In this document: in pieces, positions 12,871 to 27,034 of the stretch
How the letters are laid out: each line of letters begins with the position of its first letter
Position numbering within the stretch: the first letter of the stretch is position 1
Assembly (NCBI GenBank): GCA_030141605.1
Contig: JAQGDQ010000129.1
Location: forward strand, 132,781 to 196,780
Length of the DNA: 64,000 bases
DNA from: Tubiluchus corallicola
Taxonomy: Eukaryota; Animalia; Priapulida
Direction of reading: 5' to 3'
Translations under genes and position numbers: made by a program
The notes under the pieces: model-generated
The model's database searches: none
The model's input: the letters and a program-made list of their open reading frames with translations, nothing else
What the model was told of the DNA's origin: nothing

Positions 12871-14613
12871 CTTGCAATTCTAGACTAGCATAGCTGCCTA
12901 ATACAATTTTGGATGAGACTATTTCTCCATACGGTTTCAAAAGTGCCCTATTATCTTTAAAATTTATTAAATTTTACAATGCAATTACAATGGGAAATTG
13001 GAAACCAAATGACAATTTGATGGCTGATTCACTGATCCAAGAGAATTTTAGTTGAACTGGACCTGGCTTCAGAAGTCTATTACAGGGATGTTAATTCACG
13101 CCTTCATACGAGGCTCTTTTCTGCATATAGCAATTAGCTAAGCAGCGATTTTACACCTGTTCTTTGGCGTCTCTATGGTGGCAGAAGAAAGTGACACAAA
13201 ACTTAAAATGTAGACGCAAAAAGTTTTCAACTATCGAGAGTTTACAACAAGATAAGTATCCTAGGTTAAACAGCTGCAAAAAAATTGAAAATCTAATTAA
13301 GGACTCATGTGTATTTTGTTGTTTCTTGCGGGAGTAGTAGGTCTTACAATGTCATAGCACTTTTCTTTTTATGCTCCTTTTACTGCCTTTCACCTACCAG
13401 GTGAGAATTTTTGCCCTTTTGTAGTTTTTTTATTTTACAAGTACCTAAAACAATGTCATTTTCTTTCATTGAATGTATTGAATCATTAAGAAAGCTAATT
13501 AATATGTATGCTACGCCGCAACATTACCTGAAGCTGAGTAGACTAAGAGAGATGTACTAATTAGTGCACGAAAAGATTGTAACTTGTAACAAGTGCAATG
13601 CAATTAGGAATTGGGCAGTTAATTAACGAATAGACTAAGTACTCTCAACATATTGAGTTCTGTCTCTAATCACACAGTATAGTATTACCAGCGAACTTAT
13701 TTTTAGTTTGCAAATTGGAATATCGAACATTATAGCCATTAATCTAGCATGCAACTATTTGTAGTAACGTATACTGCACAACAGCTCGCAACATGTTAAA
13801 TGACTTCTGTCAACTGATTAGTGTTCACTATACAACTGCCTACACTGATGTCACGCTTACCATCATGCACTTGTACTTGAAGTTTTATTTTATACATAAA
13901 ACATCAATAAACCAAATCAAGTAACCAATCGATGATTAATCGAGACAAATCCTTGTTCAGCCCTAATTTAAGCTATGTTTGCCAAATCCATTTCAAATCT
14001 AACGTGTCCTGATTTGTTTCAGTCAATTTAATATAATTTACTAACTTAGTCCAATCTGATCCGATCAAATGAAATCAAAACTTTGCTAGATTTGGCATCC
14101 ATAACTACGAACATAAACATACATATGATTGACGAATTCATGATTGACAAATGAATGAGAGCTAAATTTTTCTTTATTAAATTCTAAATTTCAGCAAGCA
14201 AAACATGCTTTCCGAAGCTCGTTTTTGACTCATTTTTATGTTTAAACAGACTTTTAAAACAACAATAACCAAACTTAATACAAACACATCAAAACAATTC
14301 TTGTCAGGCTACTCATCCAAAACAATGAAGGAGGAGTACAAATGGGCTTTGAAATAATTTAATAAAGAAAAGTTGAGATATCATCCATGAATCCATCAAT
14401 CATATTTATGTTCTATTCAAACCAAATCAAGTTAAATCAAAACAAATTTAATCTAATGTAATCAGGCCTATCCTGACATATTTTGCATGTACTTAATCTA
14501 GCTCAGTCCATTCCAATCTATTCTAATCCAGCTTCAAATAAACTACCGCTAAAATATGATCCATTTGATTTGATCCACTCCAAGCCAGTGTAATACCAGT
14601 CCACGTCGGATAC

Positions 14614-14655
14614 TTAATTCACCAGGCCTGGTTACGAAATGGCTGAATGACCATC
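14614..14655 (+). mobile_element. Fragment of the 5S-derived SINE-like repeat
   Basis: ttaattcaccaggcctggttacgaaatggctgaatgaccatc aligns with the family consensus ttaagcaac...ggctggttagtaaacggatgggtgaccgcc. Confidence 0.4.
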
Positions 14656-14929
14656 ATAGAGACTAATTCGGGTCGAATTTATCGACCATATGCATTATAT
14701 GGCACAGGGTATTCGTCACGTCGAGGGAACATATGCACCCGCGAGTGGCTAAGGCACCTCTGCAGGGATTCGGTTCTTCCATGTCCATTAACAATTTATG
14801 GAAAGGCAAATAATATTTTAAGTTTCATATGATCCTATTTATCACGATCCAAACCAGTCCACTTTATTGGAAGTGTAATATAGATTTGCTTACAACTTTA
14901 AAAATCAGTTCTAAGAGAAATCATGGGCG

Positions 14930-15012
14930 TTGGATATAGCTAAGTGGTCACAATGTGTGTTCAGCGACTGCTGTTAACAACACTGTGCCTGGTTAGCAAA
15001 TGACCGCCTGGA
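14930..15012 (+). mobile_element. tRNA-head/5S-derived SINE-like repeat copy
   Basis: A-box-like TAGCTAAGTGGT, then gttaacaacactgtgcctggttagcaaa-tgaccgcctgg, which is 5S ICR-like with a short deletion. Confidence 0.55.
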
Positions 15013-15016
15013 AAAT

Positions 15017-15340
15017 TTTCTTTATGTGGCTTCGTCTACTACACTGCCACTAGATGTTACTCCCATTGAGAGAGGAAAACACTCATGCCACTTCAGTGTA
15101 TCATCTTAGAGGATTACCACTAGTAATGAGTAAGATTCCAGTCTTGTCACAACCAATAACATCACAAATAGGCCGTATAGTTGGATGTCAGAACGCGACA
15201 TTCAGTGTGCCAAATAAATAAATAAATAAATTATTAATGGCAATCCTCCAAAATGAAACACTGAAGTGGCATGAGCATTTTCCTCCCTCAACGAGAGTGG
15301 CACCTAGTGGCAGTGTGGCGGATGAAGTCATACAAGAAAA
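15017..15340. repeat. Long inverted repeat: 110-bp arms (15017-15126, 15231-15340) with a 104-bp spacer
   Basis: Gap-free alignment of the left arm with the reverse complement of the right arm gives 87/110 identity by hand count, including the exact block ctcatgccacttcagtgt. Confidence 0.95.
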
Positions 15341-16639
15341 AAGTGGTATAAATAAATAAGTAAATAAATAAATAACTAACAGTGAAAGTATTAAAACACA
15401 GCACACTGATGAAAATAATAATCAGTATAAGAGAAAGCTTTTCAGCGATATTACGTCTTGTGAGGCTAGGCGAGAGACAAGCGAGTCTCCCCAATGGCTT
15501 CTCTCTGGCTTCCCGCCTGCGCTAAAAGAAATGCTTTGGCTTCACGCAGCTGCACTCCACAGACTTGAGGCAAAACATTCTGTTGATGCGGAGGTAGATC
15601 CCAACTTCAGCAGCTGATGAACGATTTTGCTAGATCTACAGGTAAACATACCTGAGGGACCGAAAGAGGTTCATATCTTAAACAAAAGAACCGTAAGGAC
15701 GAAGTAGGTAAGTTTTTCGTTTTCTTAGTACTGCAATAAATACCTGCAGTTATTTGATTGATTAGCTAGTTTGTTACTATTGGCTAGGTTGTACCTGATA
15801 CTATAATGACAAAAAATAGCAATCCTTTTTGTAGTCTAAATTCACGAATGGGCGTTACTCACATTAAAGCTTTAATTTTAGGTTTTAAAATAAAATGATG
15901 TAACTTTGATGAAGCAACAGTTTTCTAAATGAGGTTCAAGGAGTAGAGCATCTAGATTAATTAAACAAATTGTATACATAATATACTCTGGTGTGTTTCT
16001 TGTATTATATTGTCTTATGTGGGCATGAGTCTGAAATAAAATAAATAATAGATTTTAAGCATAATTATAATACACTTACTTTTTAACGCAATTTGAATTT
16101 AAATTTCAGCTAAATCCTTTATCGCATATACTACTCAAACAGACAGTATGAAAAAGTAATTTAGTTACTCAGCAATATTGTCCCTTCAGTAAGCATCATA
16201 CTCATTTGGATAGGACTCTTTGAGCATCTCCTAGCATAATCTGCGGTTATCTACTTAGTATCTACTTAGTCCAGTCTGGGACGCTCATTCACAGTCATGT
16301 TATCAGAATAATGAAATAGTTAATTATATTAATTAATTAATTAATATCTCAATGTCAGCTTATTCGCTATGTTTTTACATGAAAAACTAGAAAAAATACA
16401 AAACAAGTATTTTGGAGGACTTGTATGCTTTCCTTTCCACACATAATTGTCAAGACGCCACATAATTTGCTTCCATTCTCATCATTATAAGCTCATTTAC
16501 TACTTTGATTTTAATATATAGCTACGAAGAAAAAACTAGTAAGTACGCTGGCAAAACATTTTTACGCACACTGTTGATTGCAACAATAATCCATTGCATT
16601 AAATTCAAAAATATTGGAAGACCTATTGATTTGTCATAT

Positions 16640-16797
16640 TTGTCACAATTCGCAAATCATCAATCTATCAACCTCATCCTTAACCTAACATAAAATTTAA
16701 TCCTAACTCTATCAAATTCCAAAAGCTCAAAATTAGTCAGTGAGCAAAACTGCAATGTGCTGATGGTGCAAGTAGTATATCTGACAAATTGTGATAA
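16640..16797. mobile_element. Decayed MITE-like element with a central (CTAACC)-like tract
   Basis: Ends ttgtcacaatt / aattgtgataa are inverted. The centre cttaacctaacataaaatttaatcctaactct is a degenerate TAACCC-like repeat. Confidence 0.45.
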
Positions 16798-17380
16798 AAA
16801 CAACAGTCATCACCATGAGCGTAGCCATTTCTATGAGTAAGCTCAGGTGCGATGCATTTCATTAAACCTAATTATGTTAAATTCTTACTGATAATATGAT
16901 TTGTGAATGCGCATTATAAGTAATTGGCACGCTTCATTTCATCCTCTCATTACACCTGTGACAATTTTATTTTTATGTACAAGCAACACAAGATACCTTA
17001 GCACCACATTGTTGTTGTTTTCGCATTGTGTAATTGTTATTTTGTCAACGGTACTAATAATAATGGTATTTTTTATAGATGCAGAATGACTGTTTATAAA
17101 TTCAGTTTTTTCCTCGAGCCTAAATTAAGAACGGCAAATATATGTGGAAATCTTTACAAGAGTTTTTCTCTTAACTACAATCTCACTCGCTTTAAGAAGA
17201 ATGTTAACAAATATTTTCCATCACTAGTACTTTAGTTGCAATTATTCTGTATTTCTGTATTCGTGCCTCTACTTTTCTGCTTCCACGAATGCACCTAAAG
17301 TCCGGTATACGTTCATGAAGTGAAAATTACACAAACCGATTACAAAGAGTTCTAATTGATTTACGACAAAATCACATCAA

Positions 17381-17470
17381 TCAGTCGGTCGGTTGATCGG
17401 TCGGTCACTCGCTCGCTCGGTTATTCGGTTCGTCGGTAGATCGATCAATCAGTCAATTAGTTAATCAGCC
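17381..17470. repeat. Degenerate tetranucleotide repeat (RRYY phase)
   Basis: GGTC/AGTC/GATC/AATC/AATT/AGTT units in phase. Confidence 0.8.
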
Positions 17471-19846
17471 TAAAAACTAATTCTTATTGCCATCAACTAT
17501 GCCAGCATCACTTAAAAAATAGCCTGAGTTCCTCCAGTCTTCTTTTTAAATGGATTTATAAAATTAATTATTGTAATTACTTACTAGGCCTGTAGTTTTC
17601 TTGCTTATTACGCTAGTCTTTCAGAAACTATGGACGATTATATATAATCTAAAAAACGATTTGACTTACAGCAACAAACACAAAAATACCTTAACCATAT
17701 GGCTCTTAGGAGAAAAGTATTATAAATTTATCGCTCGATGAAATATTTTTACCTTTTTTATTGACTAAGAGCGTGTAGATAAATTTCGAGTCATCATAAA
17801 TTGTGGGTCACGTCTTTTAAGCTAAAAATTATTTTAAACCATCGTATATATGGACTTGTCATTTAGAAAACATTAGAATTAATCAAGCGATAAAATCTTA
17901 ATAAATAGGGTGTAATTTATCCGTCCTTCAAACGAGTCAAATTGTTTAAACGCTACGTGATTTCCACAGCGCACATTCCAAGGTTACAAAATTGATGACA
18001 GTGCTAATGTTTTTTATACCATTATCACCTTAAAGCGCATAGTTACATGTCTAAGTAAGGTTGTGTTTAAAAAAACTAGCCAAAGGTTGATTATAATATC
18101 GTGTGATTTGCTATTTGATAGCATATTTTATCGAACACCATTATATAAAGAATGTGTCAACAGCAAAAAAGATAACTTAAAAACAAGATCGATTATATCA
18201 TCAGAGACATTTGCCAGAGACAAAATCTTCTCACAGGAATATAGTGGCTCGAGTGTATATATCACTAATTCACGTCATAAAGGAATATTTGACACATTAT
18301 TGCATTATACAGAGCAGTAGTATTAAATTGCATATAGATTTTATATATTCTATAATCAATTCTTAATATGAAAGGCTGATTCCAGAAGAACTACCATAAT
18401 TTTATTTCGAAGCGTTAACAGCCTAATTACGATGCGTTAAGTCATCAGGAAGCGTAAGCCTGACGCTTAATATAACCATTTTTGTAAAACGTTTACTGAA
18501 AGTGTCGCAGGAAATAGCACTTATTGAGAAAATATTTGAAAGAAGATCTTGTTGAAGTTTTTGCACGGAATTCTGAAGTTTGCGAAACAGCAGAGAAAAA
18601 AGGAAGCCCCGCGTCAGACATTTGGACAAGCTGATGATTTGCTGAATGATTTGTACGCGAAGGTTGCATATTAGAGAAATATTTATTGCTAATTAACAAA
18701 TGTACGAAATAGTTTACGACCCAATTTGCGTTGTAAGCTTGAAAGACTATTAATAGGAATGTAACAGTTTATAAAAGTAAAGCTGTCATAAATAGTTAAT
18801 TTATGACGTGCAGATTGCTAAAGTATTATAAAACTCAAAGGAAATTGTTTCTTATATTTGCAAGCATAGTATAAATTCCCAGGCAGTAACCTCAATGTCA
18901 ACGGAGAAAGCTCGTTAATACTTTGTTTATAGAGTGTTGAAATATGCGCATGATTGCTGCTAGCGTTTCCACTACTGCTCCAATACATCCATGTCATCAT
19001 CACCATCATCAACATCATTATTATCGTCATCATCATCATCAGGCTAAGAAATTAATGAAACTACAAACGGTACAATAGATTTGTTAAAGAACCGCACAAG
19101 ATCTTTAAAAGCACTGATTGGCCAAGAGATCGATGAAGGAGCCCGAGTGAAGATAGAGAACATGGTAGAAATGGGACAAAATGTTTTTTTCAAGAAAGCT
19201 TGGAAAAATTTAATTATTTTATATTTTTAAGCAAAGAAAGCGTTAAAAATTTTTCCAGCAGAGGTGATAGTACGTTCTAAATACCTGTTGGATTTTTGTT
19301 GATGCTTTTATGTAACTAGATCTGTTATAAGGTTCTAAATTTTCACTCACATTCACTACCGATGACTCTGATTAAAGCTTAAAAATACTAAAATCCTTAT
19401 TATTTCCGCGCAAACACGGTGGCGGCTAAACTTGCGTGAATTATGTTCATTAAGATAATGATAAATCCTGTGCTATACGTTATATGTTATTAGCCCAGTA
19501 ATTATAGTGGAGAGTGCACTCAGAATAGGTAGCGCGTGTATGAAACACTCGAGAGTCATTCAGTCATATGCGGTTATTGACCAGGGGATACAAAGAACTA
19601 CAGGCTGACCGTAGTATAGTAACTATAACTCAGCATCACAACTTTTGTATTTTTAGTATTATTATTATTACAAGCAAATTGTGTAACGCGGTACAAGCAG
19701 CGTGTAACATTAGCAACAATACCAGCAACGCCATTAGCATAATATCACTGGGAATTGATGGTTGCGTGAAATGATACACAGTGTTATATACAAATTTATG
19801 TGCCCGTTGTGATTGATGCATTAAAATATTCCTAATTGGGTTGCAA

Positions 19847-20027
19847 AACCAACTAACTGCCTGACTGATTAAATGATTGACTGACTGACTGACTGATTGA
19901 CTGACTGACTGACTGACTGACTGACTGACTGACTGACTGACTGACTGACTGACTGACTGACTGACTGACTGACTGACTGACTGACTGATTGACAGACTTG
20001 CTACCTGGCTGGCTGATTGGCTAGCTA
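19847..20027. repeat. (GACT)n microsatellite with degenerate flanks
   Basis: Perfect GACT core at ~19900-19985. Flanks contain AACC/AACT/GATT/GGCT/AGCT variants. Confidence 0.95.
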
Positions 20028-20745
20028 AAGTGCTTATTTGTTATTAGACATTCAGTGACTACAGAAGCTCTTGTTTCGTATATTAGCCAGACGGGTAATG
20101 TTTTGCTAACAACAACTCCAGTTTTCTGGTATAAGCAGTAGGAGCTAATATGAATCCATCTTTCTTAAAAGACCCCAGGAATCAGGACAGTCATTAAGAG
20201 ATACAAACTGAGCAACCTAGACTGAACAACCGCTACCTTGTTTGCTACTGTGTGTATCCCAAGACATGCTTTACATAAACTAATCACTCAAGTACTTTGT
20301 TTACGTTTGCTTAGTTCACCCGAATTTTTGAAATTCCTTTAAAAAACTTCTGGCGTAGTCGCAGTGTGCTCATGTTTACTGGCTTGTCAAATAGAAGGTG
20401 GTTGCTTACCTTCGAGTTAAAATATTTCATATGTTTCAATTTAAAATTCCTGTCAATAATAATCAAACAATCACTTTAAATCGCATATCTAGGACATAAG
20501 CCATCATTTCAAGCTAACCTAAAAAGACCAGGTGACGAAAATTTTCTCTCGGAGTCATTATAACTATACCATTAATAAATCGGCCGCATGCTTTGCATCG
20601 CTTTATTTTATTCTGACAACATTACCTCCTAATCATGCTTTCAAATCAGTTAAGTTTCTAAAATTTACAGAGATTATAACATCGCAATTCCGCGCTTATT
20701 ACCTGTAGTATAAATTTTCACACACAGTAATCAAATAACAGTCAA

Positions 20746-20902
<157 letters not shown>

Positions 20903-22879
20903 TAATGGCAGTGGTAGTGGCACTATGAATACAATGACACTTTTTGTAAGCGCTAGTCATGGATTTATTACGAAAAGAATTTAGCTCTAAACTTTAAAAT
21001 GAACTGCATATTACCTGTAAGGTTAGATGGCCTATTGTGTTTACATGGCTTCAATGGCGGATGTGAATTTCCTGGTTTCCATTAACCTCCCATTAGCAGC
21101 GTTGTAAACTTTGCGTGAATACCCAAGCAGATTCTGTAAAGACAGATAATGTCATATACATTACTCCTGACAAGCCTTATCACTTTATAAATGAATTTGT
21201 AAGGTAGTTTCAAGTTATAGTCAGTGTAATATTCTTGATGAATAGTATTCTAAAAACTTAAGTGACCTAGTCTCTACAAAATTTTCCTAGTGAATAAAAT
21301 TTAGTCTATAACCTAAGTGTTAGTAGTACGAAGCTTCAAGGCTCATGCAGTCTACTCAAAAAAATTGTACAGCTAGCAGTCCTAGTTTCTGTTCGGCTTT
21401 ACAACTTCCAGCAGCAGAAATGGCCTATCAGCCGCTACTTCTATCAAGGTCTTATTCATTGCTGCTAGTCATTGAAACAGCCTAAATAGCTCTCCGCATC
21501 GTTTTAGCAGGGACCTACATGCTAATTAGATCGGAATCGTACAATCATTCTTTTTAAATCAAAGCTGTCTACTGTACAGGCATTAGGGTGTGCGTATAGT
21601 GTGCAAGCCAAAAAACAGCCAGTATAACTGTTTGCTCATAACAGGGCCTTGCAACTGGTCAGAATAAATATAGCACAAGTCAGAACAATTTCATCAGGGT
21701 TCTTCCAGATACAAAGACCGTTTTATTCTATCCTCCGCGAATTTGTAATCTAATGGAACCTGTTAATAGATGTTTGTCCTGTCACTTTTAATTAGAAATT
21801 ATTATTCCTATTTTCGTCGATTACCAAAAGTGTGCTAGTTGCCATTTTGCACTCTCAGTAGAGCAGTTTATATAGAAGTTTCTTCATTATATAGAGGCCT
21901 GCGTTAGCAAGTATTCGCCGATTTTTTTTACGGATTTGTGATCACAGTTTAGGTACATAAATCCTGTAATTTTTCTGTTTTATTCCATGTTTATAATTGA
22001 CGTCATGATTTTTCGTTTACTTTTTTATGTTGTCATGTAAAAATAAAATTTGTCGTCCATTTCAAAATAAATAAATAAATAAAAACCAGGCTGAAAATAC
22101 GCAACTTTTAGATATATAATGTACACTTGTACAGTACTTTGATATTTCTATCAACGTCACCGTATATCCAGTCCGGTTCCAAGTACTTACTCGCATTGTC
22201 GTCATTGTTCTTGGCATAAAATCTACTGTAACCACTGCATTAGCTCACACAAGACGGACCAAATTTTAGACAGCTAGTTGTGATTATGAAAAAATTGTTT
22301 ACGTTAATACTTCGCTTAAAGGGCAAGACAACGTTCTTCCTAAATCACGCTCAAAAAATTCGTCTGGAAATTTTTTATCGCTTGCCTGCTGTCTCATCAC
22401 ATATAGAGTTTGCGTTAACAGTAACGCTGTGTAAAATTAGTAAACAAACTCTCGCGATGATCGTTAGGTGCAGTCATTTGAAGTTAACAGTAAGCCAAAT
22501 GAAACAAGTTTAGGTAGCATAGTGTAATGTTTGCAAAAATAATCAGAGCATTCGTAGCACATTCTTCACTAACTAAGCAAAAGACTAAATTACTTTACAC
22601 TGTCAAGATCAATTATGTGTTTGTCGGGTGAATCAGTGGTGCACGCTGTGATGGTGATTCAGTGTCCTTTTACCACATGGAGTCTAGTGGGGTGCGGTCG
22701 AACATTTTAAATTATTAAGAATTTTTCTTTTTCAATTACATTACAGTTTTTCAAACAGATAAACGTAATACTAAGTAACATAACTTCGTATGAGAAGTTC
22801 TTTACCATATACTTTAACATTCCCTTTTCTTCCCCTGTAATTAAACTGTGGTGCGTTGGTGCTGCAATGGTGCGCAGTA

Positions 22880-23145
22880 ACTTCGGTACTACACAGTATG
22901 TTTGGTACAAGCAAATTTCCTCGATTTCCTGTTGAAACATTTATTTATACTGCGATACAGAAATGCTACCTTTTTCATTTAGTACGAAATTTTCCACTAC
23001 CAAACTTTCTTAATACAAAATTTTCTTCGTACCATATTTTCCTGGTACCAAACATTCCCTCGTACCAAACATTTTCCTAGGACCAAAAATTTCTTGCATT
23101 TAAAAATCACAGTACCAAATTTCCTGGTACCGAACTTTCGTACGT
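22880..23145. mobile_element. Foldback/MITE-like element with inward-facing ~16-bp subrepeats (GTACCAAA..TTTCC)
   Basis: The left side has ttcggtac and tttggtac. The right side has about 8 copies of gtacgaaa/gtaccaaa/gtaccgaa, each followed by a tttcc-like motif. Confidence 0.6.
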
Positions 23146-24926
23146 TCGCTGTTCCTTTCCTACAAAAGGTCCGCAGGTGACTGCCGGCCAGTCCAGCAAA
23201 TACATATTTTGTTGTAATTTGACGTCGCGCATCTGCTTTTGGCAAGCAACATTTTAATCCGTTACAATCCCTTTTCCGAGTTTTGTTTCGTAAAAGCAAC
23301 GATCAAACGACGACGAAATCATGGCAAAAAGAAAATTGCGGCAATTATTCTCGAATAAAGCCTGCCTTGTCTACAGCGAATGTAAAAGCAGCGTTTAAGG
23401 TTGCATGTTTTGTTATCATTTGAACAACAAACACTGTCAAAACTTGAAGATATGATTGCGACTTTGGTATCGTCTCCTCTGAATTAGCATTTAAGCATTT
23501 TCAGTAAAATATGACTGCAATTACTAATAACCTTAAGCAGCTAGATAAACATTTACTTTTTAGAATTGAAAAATATTTTTCTAGTCTGTTTCACTGCTTA
23601 AATTCGCAAAAATGGTCATTTAATTGTTTTAGTTACCTGGTATTATGCATTTATCATGAGATATGAGATATATGCTCGGCTTGACCGTGAACGCGTATCA
23701 ACCCTGAAAACGCCACACAGTCCAAACGCCACGCAGTATAGTTGCTGAGACTTATTAAGACAACTAACCACTTGGATTACACAGTAGAAAATCTCAAATG
23801 TAATAGCACATAGCAGTGTCACCGCATCTTTCTTATCCTGAAACACATTTTTTGTCTCCATTGACTGGAACCCCGTTGCTATGGCGATGACAGTAACGTT
23901 AAAAATGGGGTGCAAAATCAACCCGGCACGAGGTTCTTCGATATCAGCTGAATTACAGCGGAAAATCAGAGTACCACTTGAATCACAGAGACTTTCTCAA
24001 TGCAAAATGCCCGACTTGCCATTAGATTGGTCTTTAAAACTCTTGAGATCGGTAAAGAAGGTAGCAAAAAAAGGAAAGTCTATTAGTGCAGTAGCTCGTT
24101 TCGATCTAATTTGACTAAAAGAATCGCCCGAAGTTTTTGTTCATTTATACCAATTTTCAAACATTTTGCTTTGTTAAAAATATGAAAATGTAAAATGTAC
24201 AATAACTACTGGCACACGTTGTACAATAAACAGTTATCTACACACCACTTAGTTTAATAAAAAAAGGCATTAAATGTTTACGTTTTTTACTAATTTTGTA
24301 TGGCATGTATGCGTGTGCGCCTTTTTTTATTTCTTATTTTTCTTATTTTATTTTAAAATTTCTTATTTTTTCATTATATTGCTAGTTGTTAGTATTTAGT
24401 TATTATTGGGTTGCTCGTTTGCGAATAACTCCATAAAGTGGTTCATTTCGCCAAGTTGTTGTTCTCGTTTTCATGCTCGTTCATGCAATACAAAACTGTC
24501 GTCTAGTCATTATCAGGCAAACAACATGTACTAAATATTTCTCAAAATTTGGATTGCATAGCAACTGTAAACGCGTATTTATAATCTCTTAATAGTTAGC
24601 TTATTACTATCATTTCAGCAGAATTTTTTATTATCGTCATAATCGTCATGCCCTGGAACGTGACTACTAGGCAGACGAAAAATTTATTTCGGTCTGATGT
24701 ATTCGACGGTTAAGTATGGTTTCAACAAGAAAAATTCTCCGAATAGATAACGTCGACCATGGCTCGATATTGCGCGCTACTAGCAGACGCTTTTAACATA
24801 AAGAGAAAGAGGGAAAGGAGGGAATGAGACAAATAGAGTGATTGGAGAGAGTGAGACATAAAAAAGAAACAGAGGAAGGAGACATAAACGGAAAAAGCGA
24901 AAAAGAAAAGAAAGACAGAGAAAGAG

Positions 24927-24984
24927 ATTATTATTATTATTATTATTATTATTGTTCTTGTTGTTATTATTATTATTATTATTA

Positions 24985-25049
<65 letters not shown>

Positions 25050-25050
25050 T

Positions 25051-25142
<92 letters not shown>

Positions 25143-25218
25143 AACTCTTTACTTATATATATATATATATAATAATTACATATGTACATGCCTATGCCAT
25201 TATTTGCAGAATGAGAGA

Positions 25219-25282
<64 letters not shown>
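24927..25282. repeat. Compound microsatellite (ATT)n, (AT)n, (AG)n
   Basis: About 210 bp of ATT repeat, a short AT run and about 60 bp of AG. This explains the poly-Y/I/L and ER ORFs. Confidence 0.97.
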
Positions 25283-25287
<5 letters not shown>

Positions 25288-27034
25288 AGAGAGAGGGAGA
25301 GGAGAGAGAAAGAGTGAGAGAATGAAAGGAACGGTAGCACTTTTCTGACAATGGTAAATGTTCTAAACTGTTCCTGGCAATTGGCTAGAAAAAAAATAAA
25401 TAAGTGCGTACCCAATGTTTCAAATTCCAGACTCGTTATCTAGTACTTCTACTAATAACACAATTTTACATACATCGATTCCCGAAATCGAATAACACCA
25501 ACAAATCAAAAGCGACAAACCTCAGGTTTAGCTACAATAAAGACTCATGACACTTTTTGCAACTTTCACACTCTAACTGTCTCCTGGGAAGTTTTCCAAC
25601 CAGCGGGTAGTTCTGGAACACAATTTGTCTGAATAGGGCAGACATAATAGTTTGTGTTGCAGGAAAATGGTCGTCCCATTTGAGGTAACAATAAATTCAG
25701 TTCATTCTCTGAACATTTCCAGGAATGAAAAAGCTGAGTCAATACTTTATATTATCCCAGTACATAGTGCACCAACTACATTATCAATAACACGAAATTT
25801 TCGAGTGTAACAACTCATGGCTGCAATGGCTTCTGTCCGTAATTATGACATATGTTTCAACTTTATCAACAACTATTCTAATTGGTCTGGTAAACCTGGC
25901 AGAGCACAAAACCTGGACAATTAAATTGGACAAAACCTGGGCAAACTAAATTCTTGGCTGTTGCCACTCCTGCGGAGGAACCAGTTGAGTCACGAAACCG
26001 AGTAAAGCATGACAGCAATTTGTGGAAAGCGTTGCATTGCCGCCAAATACAACTGATATTGCTCCAGGCATTTTACAGACTTGAAATAAAGTACAGGCAG
26101 AAACGCATGATCTTCATCAATAGAATCGTCAGAGTAATAAGACGCAAATGGGGCCACAAATGATTAATTGTTTTTATATAGTAATTGCTCGCCGCCCGTC
26201 TCTTTCCCTTTCCTAATATTATAAATTTCCCTATGGAACTTGTACATAATTTAATTGGGGATAATTTAATGTTAATCTATTAGCCAGGGCAGTGAGGTCC
26301 TGTTGATATTACATCAACGTCCATTTGCTATACAATAAAATTAAAAATACACTCAAGGAAGATTGATAGTACTGAATTAGATTGCACAAGTTAGCTTGGG
26401 GGTCATTTTGTAATAATTATATAGGGTAGTTAAAAATTTGATAACTATTTCTCAAATTAAAAAGACATAAAATACTCCGCCTGAGACACACACAACACGA
26501 ACTAACTGACTAGGAATGTTCGATTTTATGTGAGTGAAGTGAAAAAGTTACGTTGCACTAGAACGAGCAAGCTTGTTTGCAGTTGACTATGCCGCACATC
26601 TTTGTATTGAATGCCATTTCATTGTACTGGAAAAACTATTTGAACAAAAGACGAGCGTAGCTTAGAGACAGTGAAAGTTGAAAAGCTAATCAGTCACTAT
26701 TTTCGCTTTCTTCTATATATGAACAAACAAATACATGTATAAACACGTGGCGACAATACTATAATTTTTGTAATAAAGAAAGTACCACCAGTAACATCGC
26801 TTTTAGTTTAATATAACAAGTACACTATTATGTAAAATGTTACACGTTTGCTACGGAATGTAATGACTTTTGTTGGACCAAAATTTATTGAAAACTTGCT
26901 GCATAAATAAGGATGTTTAGTGTTTAGTGCTAAACATTAGATAAAATTTACTATTTATAAAGTATGAAAGTAATTACAATGATGACTATTATTGATAATT
27001 ATTAATATTTCTGTAAAATGACTATTCTGCGCAA

